Shown: piece after piece, positions 26,092 to 38,154 of the stretch
How positions within the stretch are numbered: the stretch's first letter is position 1
Layout of the letters: each line of letters starts with the position of its first letter
From: Octopus bimaculoides
Lineage: Eukaryota
DNA: 64,000 nt
Assembly: GCF_001194135.2 (NCBI RefSeq)
Contig: NC_068981.1
Coordinates: 149,123,452 to 149,187,451 of the forward strand
Direction: 5' to 3'
The notes under the pieces: generated by a model
Database searches by the model: none
Seen by the model: only the letters and a program-made list of their open reading frames with translations
Told to the model about the DNA's origin: nothing
Translations under genes and position numbers: made by a program

Positions 26092-26963
26092 CATGTATGC
26101 ACATACTTACATACATACATAGTTTCAGATATTCTTACATGCACACTCACATCCAAACATTTTGTATTTATGCCAAGAAAACTTCAAAATTGAATTTGTA
26201 AATCCGTTTCAATATATGTGACCTTTGGATCATTTCAAGTGTGACCTTTTCCATTGTCTACACTACAACGCTAATTGAAGTTAGCGTGTGGCAAACTCAG
26301 ACAAGTATTATTTTTCTTAAAGTGTAAGTTTGACACATGAAATTACTGTTTTAATTGTTTTATATATGAAGTAACCAGAAGCCTTGTATACCGTTCTTGT
26401 AATATAATTAAAAGTACAAAATAAAAGATTTTTTTTTTGTTTACTCATTAATGTATTTTAAGTATTGTTTTTGTAACCTTCAGATGATGTGGGAGTGACA
26501 AAAATGCTAATGTTCTAAATGATTTAGAATAATTAGTCTTGTCTTTCAGCGACATAAGATCAAATCCTGCTGGCGCTGTATCGAATTTGGGGTTCAACTA
26601 CTGGTAAAAAAACAGTCAAGTACTGTCTCGATTTCGGGAACTCATAGGATTGCCTATACGGCTTCTGTGGCATATAAATGACTGAGATCACAACAGTGAC
26701 CTAGAGCGGCATACCAGCCCGTCACAGATTTACTCCGTCACAGCTGAGTGGACTGGAGTTACGTGAAATGATGTGCTTGGATCAAGAACGCAACGCACCA
26801 CCTTGATCGTGAGTTAAATGGACTAACCGCTAGGTCACAGTGCGTGATAAAAAAAAAAGTAAGTTACCAATTACTGTTGTTTTGCAGTCGATTAAATCGA
26901 CTAAATTTTTGCGACATTTCTGCAGTCGATTAAAGACTAAATTTCACTCCAAATAATTAATGA

Positions 26964-27005
<42 letters not shown>

Positions 27006-27401
27006 GTGTGCGTGTGTGTACANNNNNNNNNNNNNNNNNNNNNNNNNNNNNNNNNNNNNNNNNNNNNNNNNNNNNNNNNNNNNNNNNNNNNNNNNNNNNN
27101 NNNNNNNNNNNNNNNNNNNNNNNNNNNNNNNNNNNNNNNNNNNNNNNNNNNNNNNNNNNNNNNNNNNNNNNNNNNNNNNNNNNNNNNNNNNNNNNNNNNN
27201 NNNNNNNNNNNNNNNNNNNNNNNNNNNNNNNNNNNNNNNNNNNNNNNNNNNNNNNNNNNNNNNNNNNNNNNNNNNNNNNNNNNNNNNNNNNNNNNNNNNN
27301 NNNNNNNNNNNNNNNNNNNNNNNNNNNNNNNNNNNNNNNNNNNNNNNNNNNNNNNNNNNNNNNNNNNNNNNNNNNNNNNNNNNNCTCCAAATAATTAATG
27401 A

Positions 27402-27443
<42 letters not shown>

Positions 27444-27475
27444 GTGTGCGTGTGTGTACACACACGCACATATAT

Positions 27476-27822
27476 GAAGGCGCGTGGCTTAGTGGTAAGA
27501 GCGTCGGGCTCACAATCATGACGTAGTGAGTTCGATTTCTGGACCGATCTGTGTGTTGTATTCTTGAGCAAGAAACTTCATTTCACGTAGCTCCAGTTTA
27601 CTCAGCTGTAGAAATAAGTTGCGACGTCACTGGGGCCAAACTGTATCAACCCTTGCTTTTACCTCGGATAACATTAGTGGTGTGGAGAGGGGAGATTGGT
27701 ATGCATGGGCAACTGCTGGTTTTCCCTAAAACAACCTTACCCGGACTTGTGCTTCGGAAGGGAACTTTCTACGGACAATCCCATGGTCATTCACGATCGA
27801 AGGAGGTCTTTACCCTTCATAC
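27476..27822 (+). mobile_element. Family B SINE
   Basis: GAAGGCGCGTGGCTTAGTGG ... GAGTTCGATTTC ... same body as 21958-22290. Confidence 0.9.
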
Positions 27823-28333
27823 ATAACCATTCTGGAAGAAAAGTGGGCTACCTTTGACAACGCCATTGCATGTGATAGCCACCCAGCCTAGAGCTATAGG
27901 AGAAATATGAAAACACCATGATAAATGTGTTGCGGCAGGGGTGGAATTGCTACATCTAACATTTCTGTTTTCTTGAGCAGCATCAGTAGGAAGTATCTAC
28001 TAGCAACAACCACATGCTTAGATAAATTTAACGTCTACTGATACAGAAAAACTCTGATCAACATATCACTGAGCATCGTAAGTAGCCAGCAGGCTGGATA
28101 GAAATTCGTTATTAGTGACGAAAGTAGTATTAATTCAAAATAGCATTCTGTATATCTTACTTAATGTAGACATGCTATAAGAAGCTACAAAACTGTAGTA
28201 ATTTCCATATGTTACTAATATACTTCTGTGCTTTTTAGCATTATACGTCTATGCAAAATGTTATTTCGAGACGAAGTGAACAGTTTGGTGGCTTTCTACA
28301 GTATATCCACGTTAAATAAGATATACAGAATGC

Positions 28334-28364
<31 letters not shown>

Positions 28365-28533
28365 GCAGCGAGCTGGTAGAATTATTACTGCTTCGGGAAA
28401 GATGCATTTAGCCCATCATTACGTTCTGAGTTGAAATTCCGCTGATGCCAAGTTTCAGCCCTTTCATTGCTTTCGGGCGTTGAGTACTGGGATCGATGTA
28501 ATCAACCCCAAACTTGCAGGCCTTATCAACATC

Positions 28534-28535
<2 letters not shown>

Positions 28536-28610
<75 letters not shown>
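28536..28610. repeat. (ATT)n microsatellite between two family C SINEs
   Basis: Direct reading; probably an expanded SINE tail. Confidence 0.95.
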
Positions 28611-28611
<1 letters not shown>

Positions 28612-28869
28612 GGAAGGCGGGGAGCTGGCAGAATCATTTGCACGCCGGGTGAAACACTTAGCAGTATTTCGCCCGTCGCTACGTTCTGAGGCCGACTTTA
28701 CCTTTCATCCTTCTCCCCCAGATTTCAGGCCTTGTGACTATAGTAGAAAGAATTATTTATGGGATGACCCAATATATATCGCTGAGGCGTTGTCAGTGTT
28801 TTGTTTAAATGTTATTTGTACATCGGACAGGCGATGACGAGCGCAGTCTAAGTGGATGAACCAACACTC

Positions 28870-29110
28870 ATTACGTACCTTTAGGCTGGGAAGTGACAGT
28901 TGGGTTAGGGCTTTTGCTTTGGTGGTCTGGATAATCTTGGACTTGTGAGATTCCTTTATTTCTTCAAGATAGCATTCTATTAGTTCATTTTGCTTGTTCA
29001 TATTTTATTTATTAAATGTTATTGCTGCCATATTCTTGCGTAAACTCTCATAATTTTGTATTTCCTTATGCTCAACCTCACACCTAAGCCTCTTGTGACC
29101 AATTAAAAAG

Positions 29111-29160
<50 letters not shown>

Positions 29161-29700
29161 ATTATTATTATTATTATTATTAATGATGACGTTATTGTTA
29201 CTATTATTGCTGTTGCTACGGTTTCTGCTGTGATCTTCATTTGTGAAATACATCAAGAGTTACTTTCCTTGCAACAACACTTAGGCATATCTTAAAGGTT
29301 CAGGATTGAGTTACTCTGACGGCTACACAAAACGTTCAAGTTTAACAAATATAGTTGAGATTGCCCTAACAATGTTTACAGCGTTCGTATTACTATTTCA
29401 AGAGGTAAGTCGTCAAAGTCATTACAGAAATTCTTCTGTATTTGTGCAGTTATGCCTATAACAAATGCTGTGGCAGACTCATTTCCTAATTTTTCGATTG
29501 TATTGCGCACAATATTATATTCATTTTGAATAGCTATGTCGATATTTAGCGTACTGCTGTCATTTGAAAAAAGTCCTGTCTGATATGGAATACTGTGGTT
29601 CACATTGATCGAGAAAGAGCATATGGGACTGTATGAGTCTGATCTTCCAAATCTAAGACTAAGTGAGATATCAGGTTGAATTGGTGCACCACACACCTGT
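28870..29700 (-). pseudogene. Possible very old Penelope-like RT-thumb/GIY-YIG remnant
   Basis: Minus-strand peptides SIPYQTGL...IQNEYNIVRNTIEKLG and EIKES..KIIQT.K..LTQLS only loosely resemble Penelope C-terminal motifs. Confidence 0.25.
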
Positions 29701-30294
29701 TCTCACTTTATTCTGAAATGTTTGGGGCGGCAGAACACATTGACAGCGACATTGGCAGCAGCAACAGCAGCTAATGGAACTATTTGCAAATCAAAATATA
29801 GTCGGTCAATAATTTTCACACAAGAATTGCATTATTCCTTTATGGTATTATTCTCTTAAAATTTATGTTATATTATTTAATCGGCAGCAGTTAAAAAGTG
29901 ACTCAAATGCCAAGAAATTCGTGCTTTGGCACATATAATATTGGTTTCAAATCACAGAGATTACATTTATAAAGATCGACTGAAATGATAAATATAATTA
30001 ACGCTGGGTTGTTCTAAAGGAAAAATTACAAAAATTATAAGGTCACGTGAATAAGGCATATTTTGTCACATAGTTGCCTGTCAAGAAATTCGGAATATGA
30101 ATAAATAAATAAGCTACAATAAAATAAAAAAAATAAGTAAAAGGAAAGAAGAAAGAATATATATGCACAAATACACACATATTTAAAAACTTTTATATGT
30201 ATGTGTATATGGATATATGTATTCGCATGAGTGTGTCTATGTATAAATATGTACGTAAGTGAGTATTTGAGCATGTACATGCGTGTATGCGTAT

Positions 30295-30346
<52 letters not shown>

Positions 30347-30661
30347 CGTTTCCTGCATGAAAGCAAGACTTGCGATGCATACCGAACATATATATTATAA
30401 ATGAATACAAATAACAAATCCCATATTTATAGAAATATTTCATTTTTATGAGAGACGGCAGGAAAGAGGCTACATGTGTGCTATATGTACTCCACTTGAA
30501 TTGTAAGGTTTTCCTATTCAAAATTGTATGGCTCTGGTTCATATACCATCAATCGCCACTTACACACATACACACACACACACACGCATAAATGTATATA
30601 TTTATATATACATATTCATACAGACACATACAGATACACATAATAAATATATAAAAACATA

Positions 30662-31291
30662 TGCGTGGGGTGCTGAAAAGTTCCTGGCTTTGGATAAAAG
30701 AAAACACAGGAGGGTCAGCTAATTATGATTTTATCCAACATATTCCTCTCTCTCAGATTCACACGCTTATTTGAAGGCAGCAAGCTGGCAGAAATGTTAG
30801 CACACCGGGCGAACTGCTTAGCGGTATTTCGTCTGCCACTGCGTTCTGAGTTCAAATTCCGCCGAGGTCGACTTTGCCTTTCGGGGTCGATAAATTAAGT
30901 ACTAGTTACGCACTGGGGTCGATATAATCGACTTAATCCGTTTGTCTGTCCTTGTTTGTCCCCTCTGTGTGTAGCCCCTTGTGGGCAGTAAAGAAATAGG
31001 TATTTCCTCTGTCTTTACGTTCTGTGTTCAAATTCTGCCGAGGTTGACTTTGCCCTTCACCCTTTCGGGGTTGATAATTTAAGTACCAGTTGCGTACTGA
31101 GGCCGATCTAATCGACTGGTCCCCTCCCCCAAAATTTCGGGCCCTGTTTTCCTGGGTAGAAAAGATTCACACACTTATTGCAGCGGTCATCCAGTTTTTC
31201 TAAGCCCTGTATAAGAACTCGGAAAGATGAGCCTCCAACCAGGCCTTTCGTGTCACTCTTAAAGCCAGGAACTTTTCAGCACCCACTCGTA
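30662..31291. mobile_element. Tc1/mariner-type MITE interrupted by a dimeric family C SINE (30772-31162)
   Basis: TIRs GGGTGCTGAAAAGTTCCTGGCTTT / AAAGCCAGGAACTTTTCAGCACCC, TA flanks. An uninterrupted relative lies at 54398-54606. Confidence 0.85.
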
Positions 31292-31931
31292 TATATGTGT
31301 ATATATTTTTGTATCTGTGTGTGTGTGTGTGTGTATACATACATACATTCTTTTCATGAACAGTGAATCTCGAAGTAACTATGGCTATAAACAATGGAAA
31401 TATAGGTTCATGTCCTACGAGCCCTTCGTCGTTTTCTATGCAAAAGGTTTTGAGCCCAATACTTATACGCTATTATTTGTAGCTATCTTTGCTTCGAGAT
31501 TCATTGTTCCGAAAAATAATTATTACACGCTCTCAAAGTTTCTTGTAACATCAATATATACACACACGCATACACACTGGTCGTCTATCGGTTACAACGA
31601 CGAGTGTTCCAGTCGATCCGATCAACGGAACAACCTGCTCGTGAAATTAACGTGCATGTGGCTGAGCGCTCCACAGACACGCATACCTTTAACGTGGTTG
31701 TCAGAGAGATTCAGCGTGACACAGAGTGTGATAAGGCTGGTCCTTTTGAAATACAAGTGCCATTCATTTTTGTCAGCTGAGTGGACTAGAGCAACGTGAA
31801 ATAAAGTGTCTTGGCTCAGGGACAATACAACGCGCGGCCAGGAATCGAACTCACGAGCTTACGATCGTTAGCCGATTACCCTAACTACCAAGCCACGCGT
31901 CTTCATAACATATGTACACACACATATATAC

Positions 31932-32725
31932 GTGTGGTCAGTAGCTTGCTTACTAACCACATGGTTCCGGGTTCAGTCTCACTGCATGACACCTTGGGCA
32001 AGTGTCTTCTACTATAGCCTCGGGCCGACCAGAGCCTTGTGAGTGGATTTGGTAGACGGAAACTGAAAGAAGCCCGTCGTATATATGTATATATATATAT
32101 ATATATATANNNNNNNNNNNNNNNNNNNNNNNNNNNNNNNNNNNNNNNNNNNNNNNNNNNNNNNNNNNNNNNNNNNNNNNNNNNNNNNNNNNNNNNNNNN
32201 NNNNNNNNNNNNNNNNNNNNNNNNNNNNNNNNNNNNNNNNNNNNNNNNNNNNNNNNNNNNNNNNNNNNNNNNNNNNNNNNNNNNNNNNNNNNNNNNNNNN
32301 NNNNNNNNNNNNNNNNNNNNNNNNNNNNNNNNNNNNNNNNNNNNNNNNNNNNNNNNNNNNNNNNNNNNNNNNNNNNNNNNNNNNNNNNNNNNNNNNNNNN
32401 NNNNNNNNNNNNNNNNNNNNNNNNNNNNNNNNNNNNNNNNNNNNNNNNNNNNNNNNNNNNNNNNNNNNNNNNNNNNNNNNNNNNNNNNNNNNNNNNNNNN
32501 NNNNNNNNNNNNNNNNNNNNNNNNNNNNNNNNNNNNNNNNNNNNNNNNNNNNNNNNNNNNNNNNNGCTGGTGTGTTTAAGTCCCCGTAACCTAGCGTTTC
32601 GGCTAAAGAGATCGATAGAATAAGTACTAGGCTTACAAAGAATAAGTACTGGGGTCGATTTGATTCGACTAAAGGCGGTGCTCCAGTATGGCCGCAGTCA
32701 AATGACTGAAACGAATAAAAAAGAA
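31932..32725 (+). mobile_element. Family A SINE spanning an N gap
   Basis: 5' half before the gap at 32110 and 3' half after 32565. Confidence 0.85.
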
Positions 32726-33057
32726 TTAAAATGTCTGTCGTACGTCTTGTCATTTAGTCTTGCACTTGGTTTCTCTAACTTCATCGCCTTAAGTTACTTA
32801 TTTAACATATGTAATTTTTCCATGATATTCCATTTATTGTATCTATCGTCGAGACGATGACGACGACGATAATGATATAAATACTACCAGAATTCTATCT
32901 TCCTGTTAAGTGCCCTTAGTAAATACGACCAACCCTTTGTCACTTTTACTCATGCCATAGAATTCCATTGTCTTCATTTATTATGCGGAAATGATAAAAT
33001 ATCTACCGAGGGAATTGGCCGTTCATGTTACATGAAAAGAATGATGCTAAGAATTAC

Positions 33058-33088
<31 letters not shown>

Positions 33089-33098
33089 TGTATGTATG

Positions 33099-33139
<41 letters not shown>

Positions 33140-33419
33140 GTATACATGTGTGTGTGTGTGTGTGTGTGCGTGTGCGCGTGTGTGTCTGTGTGCGATTGTA
33201 AAAATATGTGATCATCTGTCTTCCACTTTTAGAATAAGCACGCATACCAGCAGACACGTAGACACACACACAAACACACACACACACACAAATACAAACA
33301 CACACACACACACACAAGCACACACACACGCACACACACACAGAGACTAACACACGTATTGAAAGATTTCTTTTTGAACATGTTAAAAAGTATCCAACTT
33401 GCAACGTCACACACACACA

Positions 33420-33420
33420 C

Positions 33421-33466
<46 letters not shown>

Positions 33467-33503
33467 GAGACAGAAAGACAGAGCGACAGACAGACAGACA
33501 GAC

Positions 33504-33537
<34 letters not shown>

Positions 33538-33558
33538 CAGACAAACAGACAGACAGAC

Positions 33559-33613
<55 letters not shown>

Positions 33614-33615
33614 GG
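33420..33615. repeat. Compound (CT)n/(GACA)n/(GATA)n microsatellite
   Basis: Direct reading. Confidence 0.95.
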
Positions 33616-34318
33616 GTTACACATTTGTACGTGTTAGTGGGACTACCAACGGTAATATTTCAACTACGCCTCCCATCAGAGAAAGAAAGAGAGATAGAGA
33701 GAGAGTAAAAGAGAGAGAGAGAGAGAGAATTTCTCCTTGATATGCAATTTCGTAGCAGCATGAAAAAAATAATACAAGTAAAAATCATTAAAAAATCCTG
33801 TATTTCAGCAAAGTTATATTTGGTTACTGAATCGGGTAAAGATATATGTATTGTATATTCCTGAGAAAATATCGAGTTGAAATACTTTCAAGACATTATT
33901 TAAGACACTGACTTATTATTTTAGCTTGTATTATTTTTTATAAATTTATTGAATTGTTTTTTATTCTGCTTCATGCATTTATTGAAGTAATGGTAATCTT
34001 AGAGAAAATAGTTGTAATAGCTCACTTTGTGAAATATCTCTAACGGTGTATAAGTGTATCAAGAAATAATTTTACCATCAATTGTGGAATGTATACGATT
34101 TGGATAGCGAAACGTTAAATATATCGGCATAAAAAAAAAAAAAAACGATAATCATATATGTATGTGTATACGCTTGTATATGTGCATACGTATAAGCTTC
34201 CAAGCACATGGAAATTCACACTGAAACATATATATGCGTGCGCATAAATACACGCGTATACATTATAAATGTTTATGATACAAACACACACACACACACC
34301 GACATGCACACACACACA

Positions 34319-34356
<38 letters not shown>

Positions 34357-35074
34357 TGATCATCATTTCATAAACATTTTCCATGCTGGCATAGGTGGAC
34401 GGTTTGATGAGCTGGCAAGCCAAAAAGCTGCACAAGGTTCCAGTTGTCTGATTTGACAGTTTCTACGGCTGAAGGCCCTTGCTAACACCAACTACTTTAC
34501 AAAGTTCACGGAATTTTTTTCACGTGACGCCAGGATGGGTGCTTTTTCTTTAGCGCCAGCGCTAGTGATTTTGACATGGCACCAGTACCCATGGGGTCAC
34601 CACGTAGCTTGCAAGACGTCTCAGCTGAGAGAGCTGGCCGTGTGCCAGGAGAGGGGTTTGAGTATGATATAGGGACAGTGACAGCTGTCTTACTGCAGAG
34701 GCGATACTTGACAACCCATCAGGACAAGGAAAGAGAGTGCGAGAGAGAAGGTGCGAGAGAGAGGTGCGAGAGAGAAGGTCTACCCACAAAGAACAGTCGA
34801 GGTGTAGAAGTTGCACAATGGAATAGAAATGTTCCATAAAATTGTGAGGTGAAATATGTAGAGATGTCAAGTGATGCTCTGTGGAATTGGAAGGGCTTGC
34901 AGTGGGTGGTGATAGTTTGGGAGAGAAGGGTTACGAGTGCGTTTTGTCAGAGGACAAAATTATGCGTGTGTGTGCGAGTGGAAGGAGATTATGGCCATAA
35001 AGGACATGCTTGTATGTATGTATGTATGTATGTATGTATGTATATGGAAGGATGGATGAATGAATGGATGGCCA

Positions 35075-35545
35075 TGATTTTACTTAGCTTGATGTATTTT
35101 CTCAAGCACAGCAAATCGCCAGTAGTCTCAGTCACTTGCCATATCTGGGTCGCTCGACCTCTGAAAATCATTTCCCACCACTTCGTCCAACGTCTTCCTG
35201 AATCTACTCCTTTCAAAAGTTCGCTTCACAGTTAGAGATCGGTAATTCTTTATGATGCAGTCCTAATACATACGTATTACATGACCATACCAGCGCAGTC
35301 TTCTCTCCTGCACACCACAACTGATATTTCTCATACGCAGTTTTTCTCTTAAATCATATACACTCTGTCGTATATGCACATTGATAAAACCCATACAACG
35401 GAGCATGAAAGTTTATTTCACTCAAGACTTTACATGTCCTCTGTAATTACAGCCCATATTTCACTGCCATGTAGTATAGCTGTTCGTCAATAGCCTTCAT
35501 ACAATCTGCCTTTCACTCTTAAAGAGAAATTCTTTGTTACTAATA
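35075..35545 (-). mobile_element. 3' end of an RTE-clade LINE ORF2 (decayed)
   Basis: Minus strand FSLRVKGRLY...AILHGSEIWAV...MLRCM...LREKL...VQERRLRWYGHVIRM...RFRKTLDEVV...WRFAVLEK, a typical RTE thumb and C-terminal region. In-frame stops. Confidence 0.85.
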
Positions 35546-35988
35546 TAAGTAGTGGCTATATAGATGTATGTGCGTGCATGTGAAAATATACGCATATTAG
35601 ACGCGTTTTAACCTTATAGCTTTCTCACATTTTCTTCTGTATTTTGCTTTAGCCCTATAAAAAAATTTTTTTGCGTGTGTATGGGTGCGAGGTTGTTGAG
35701 TGCATGTGTGTAGGGGTGTGTATGCGGGTATATATATGTATATGTACATATATGTATAATTTTTAGCGATTATATGGGTTAGCATGTGTATGTTTCAAGC
35801 GAGAGTGGTTTAGTATATACATATACGGATTGGTGCGCTTACGCGAACACTATAGACTTTTTTACTCCCTTACCTTTACCCCCTCCCCTTACTTAGGGGC
35901 CTATAGCTCTTTTGTCTTAATAACGGTCAATCACACAGTAATTTCCCTTTGTTTAACGGTCATTTTTCACAGGAATTTTCAATGGCCG

Positions 35989-36049
35989 GATAACTGAAGA
36001 GGTGTTGGCGTGGGTTCCCACCCCGGCATCCAAAACTCGGAGTTTTATC
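35989..36049 (+). ncRNA. Type I hammerhead ribozyme fold with G12>A core change (identical copy 36217-36277)
   Basis: Stem I GATAA/TTATC; core CTGAAGA; stem II GGTGTTGG/CCGGCA(T)CC capped by GTGG-GTTC-CCAC; AAAA in place of GAAA; near-palindromic stem III ACTC-G-GAGT; GUU triplet. Confidence 0.65.
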
Positions 36050-36082
36050 ATGCCTACCGAATAAGTGTCACATATTTTTACA

Positions 36083-36120
<38 letters not shown>

Positions 36121-36310
36121 TTAAATATATNNNNNNNNNNTGTCTTAATAACGGTCAATCACACAGTAATTTCCCTTTGTTTAACGGTCATTTTTCACAG
36201 GAATTTTCAATGGCCGGATAACTGAAGAGGTGTTGGCGTGGGTTCCCACCCCGGCATCCAAAACTCGGAGTTTTATCATGCCTACCGAATAAGTGTCACA
36301 TATTTTTACA

Positions 36311-36348
<38 letters not shown>

Positions 36349-36563
36349 TTAAATATATGATATAGGTTATAAGCTGTGGGTTGAAGTGGTCATCAGAACT
36401 TTTTAAATTCTCTTTGAAACATACAGCCTCATGCCTCAGTGAAGAAGTTAACCGGATTATCCGACTAGATAATATTTTGGTTCCTCTTTTCAAATAGTAA
36501 TCATAAGTCACTATTGCTCTGCAAGACATTAACATGTTTCATTCTAGTTCTATTTCGTTGCAG

Positions 36564-36641
36564 AACAGATTACAGAAAGTGAACATTATGTCTGTACATA
36601 TGAAACTCAATGATTCTAAATGTATTCAACTGGAAGTTTGT
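36564..36641 (+). CDS. Candidate 78-nt internal exon (NRLQKVNIMSVHMKLNDSKCIQLEVC)
   Basis: Acceptor TTCTATTTCGTTGCAG, donor TGT|GTAAGT, phase 0-0, only frame 0 open. No homology recognised. Confidence 0.35.
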
Positions 36642-36649
36642 GTAAGTAA

Positions 36650-36883
36650 TAAGAGAGAGAGAGGGAGTGAGGGGGAGAGAGAGTGAAAGAGAGAGTGAAA
36701 GAGAGAGAGAGAGAGAGGGAGTGAGGGGGAGAGAGAGTGAAAGAGAGAGAGAGAGAGGGGAGAGAGTGTGAGAGAGAGAGAGAGAGAGANNNNNNNNNNN
36801 NNNNNNNNNNNNNNNNNNNNNNNNNNNNNNNNNNNNNNNNNNNNNNNNNNNNNNNNNNNNNNNNNNNNNNNNNNNNNNNNNNN

Positions 36884-36975
<92 letters not shown>
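36650..36975. repeat. (GA)n-rich microsatellite spanning a gap
   Basis: Direct reading. Confidence 0.95.
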
Positions 36976-37496
36976 TATGTGTGTGAAGAAATTGATTTAA
37001 TGCTTAGTTGCATGCAGAATTAAGTTTTATGAACAAGTAAGCATATTTATTTAGATACAAGATCATGTATTGTAAAGAGAGGGAGATAAGACTGTGTGTG
37101 ATGCATATATATTTCTCTGGAAAACATTAGCAAAAGTGGAATGAGTTGGCTTCAACCGAGAAATGAAATATAGAAACATATGTATTGAGCTATATGGCGG
37201 TCGTCAAGCTTAAAGAACATATCGACCTGTTTTCGATATTATTCATTCCCAAAATCGAATTCTCTCGAATAGGTATATACGAATTGCATGCTATTCATTG
37301 AAATGATATTTCATACTAAAAACAGATGTAAAATAGAATGCACTAACCAAATTAAAAAAAAAAAAAAAAAAGTAAAATACCGTGTTGAATCATTACAAGA
37401 GAAGCTGTATTGTGTAGAAGTTAAATTTCAGTGATAACTAAGATGGTCTATTCTTTATTTTTTATTCTTGTCACGAATTTATTCTAGATTTTTCAG

Positions 37497-37564
37497 GATG
37501 TTACCTGTGACACTGATTTTATATCCAGATTGATTTTATATAAAATTGAACGCTTATCTATATC
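37497..37564 (+). CDS. Candidate 68-nt internal exon (DVTCDTDFISRLILYKIERLSI)
   Basis: Acceptor TTCTAGATTTTTCAG, donor ATC|GTAAGG. Frame 0 is open and phase-compatible with 36564-36641. Confidence 0.3.
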
Positions 37565-38121
37565 GTAAGGAAACGTTTTCGAGATAGTGTTCGATATTTC
37601 CCAATCATTCACAAATGCAACTTTATTTCCAGTATATAAATGTCGTGTAAAGGCAAGTTCAGTTTGTTAAAATATTCGACTTGCAGCTATAAAAGATGTA
37701 ATGTAATGTATGTATGTATGTATGTATATATATATGTATGTATATATATGGGAGAATATACAAATAATAACAACAGACGAGGACAGGTGGTGTAAATAAC
37801 AAAAGTATATATTAGTATGTGTGTGAAGAAATTGATTTAATGCATAGTTGCATGCAGAATTAAGTTTTATGAACAAGTAAGCATATTTATTTAGATACAA
37901 GATCATGTATTGTAAAGAGAGGGAGATAAGACTGTGTGTGATGCATATATATTTCTCTGGAAAACATTAGCAAAAGTGGAATGAGTTGGCTTCAACCGAG
38001 AAATGAAATATAGAAACATATGTACTGAGCTATATGGCGGTCGTCAAGCTTAAAGAACATATCGACCTGTTTTCGATATTATTCATCCCCAAAATCGAAT
38101 TCTCTCGAATAGGTATATACG

Positions 38122-38154
<33 letters not shown>

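Noticed and set aside
26920-27460. Duplicated ~80-bp sequence on both sides of the gap (and 3449-3501 short duplication)
   Set aside because: Typical contig-end overlap at a microsatellite; most likely an assembly artefact.
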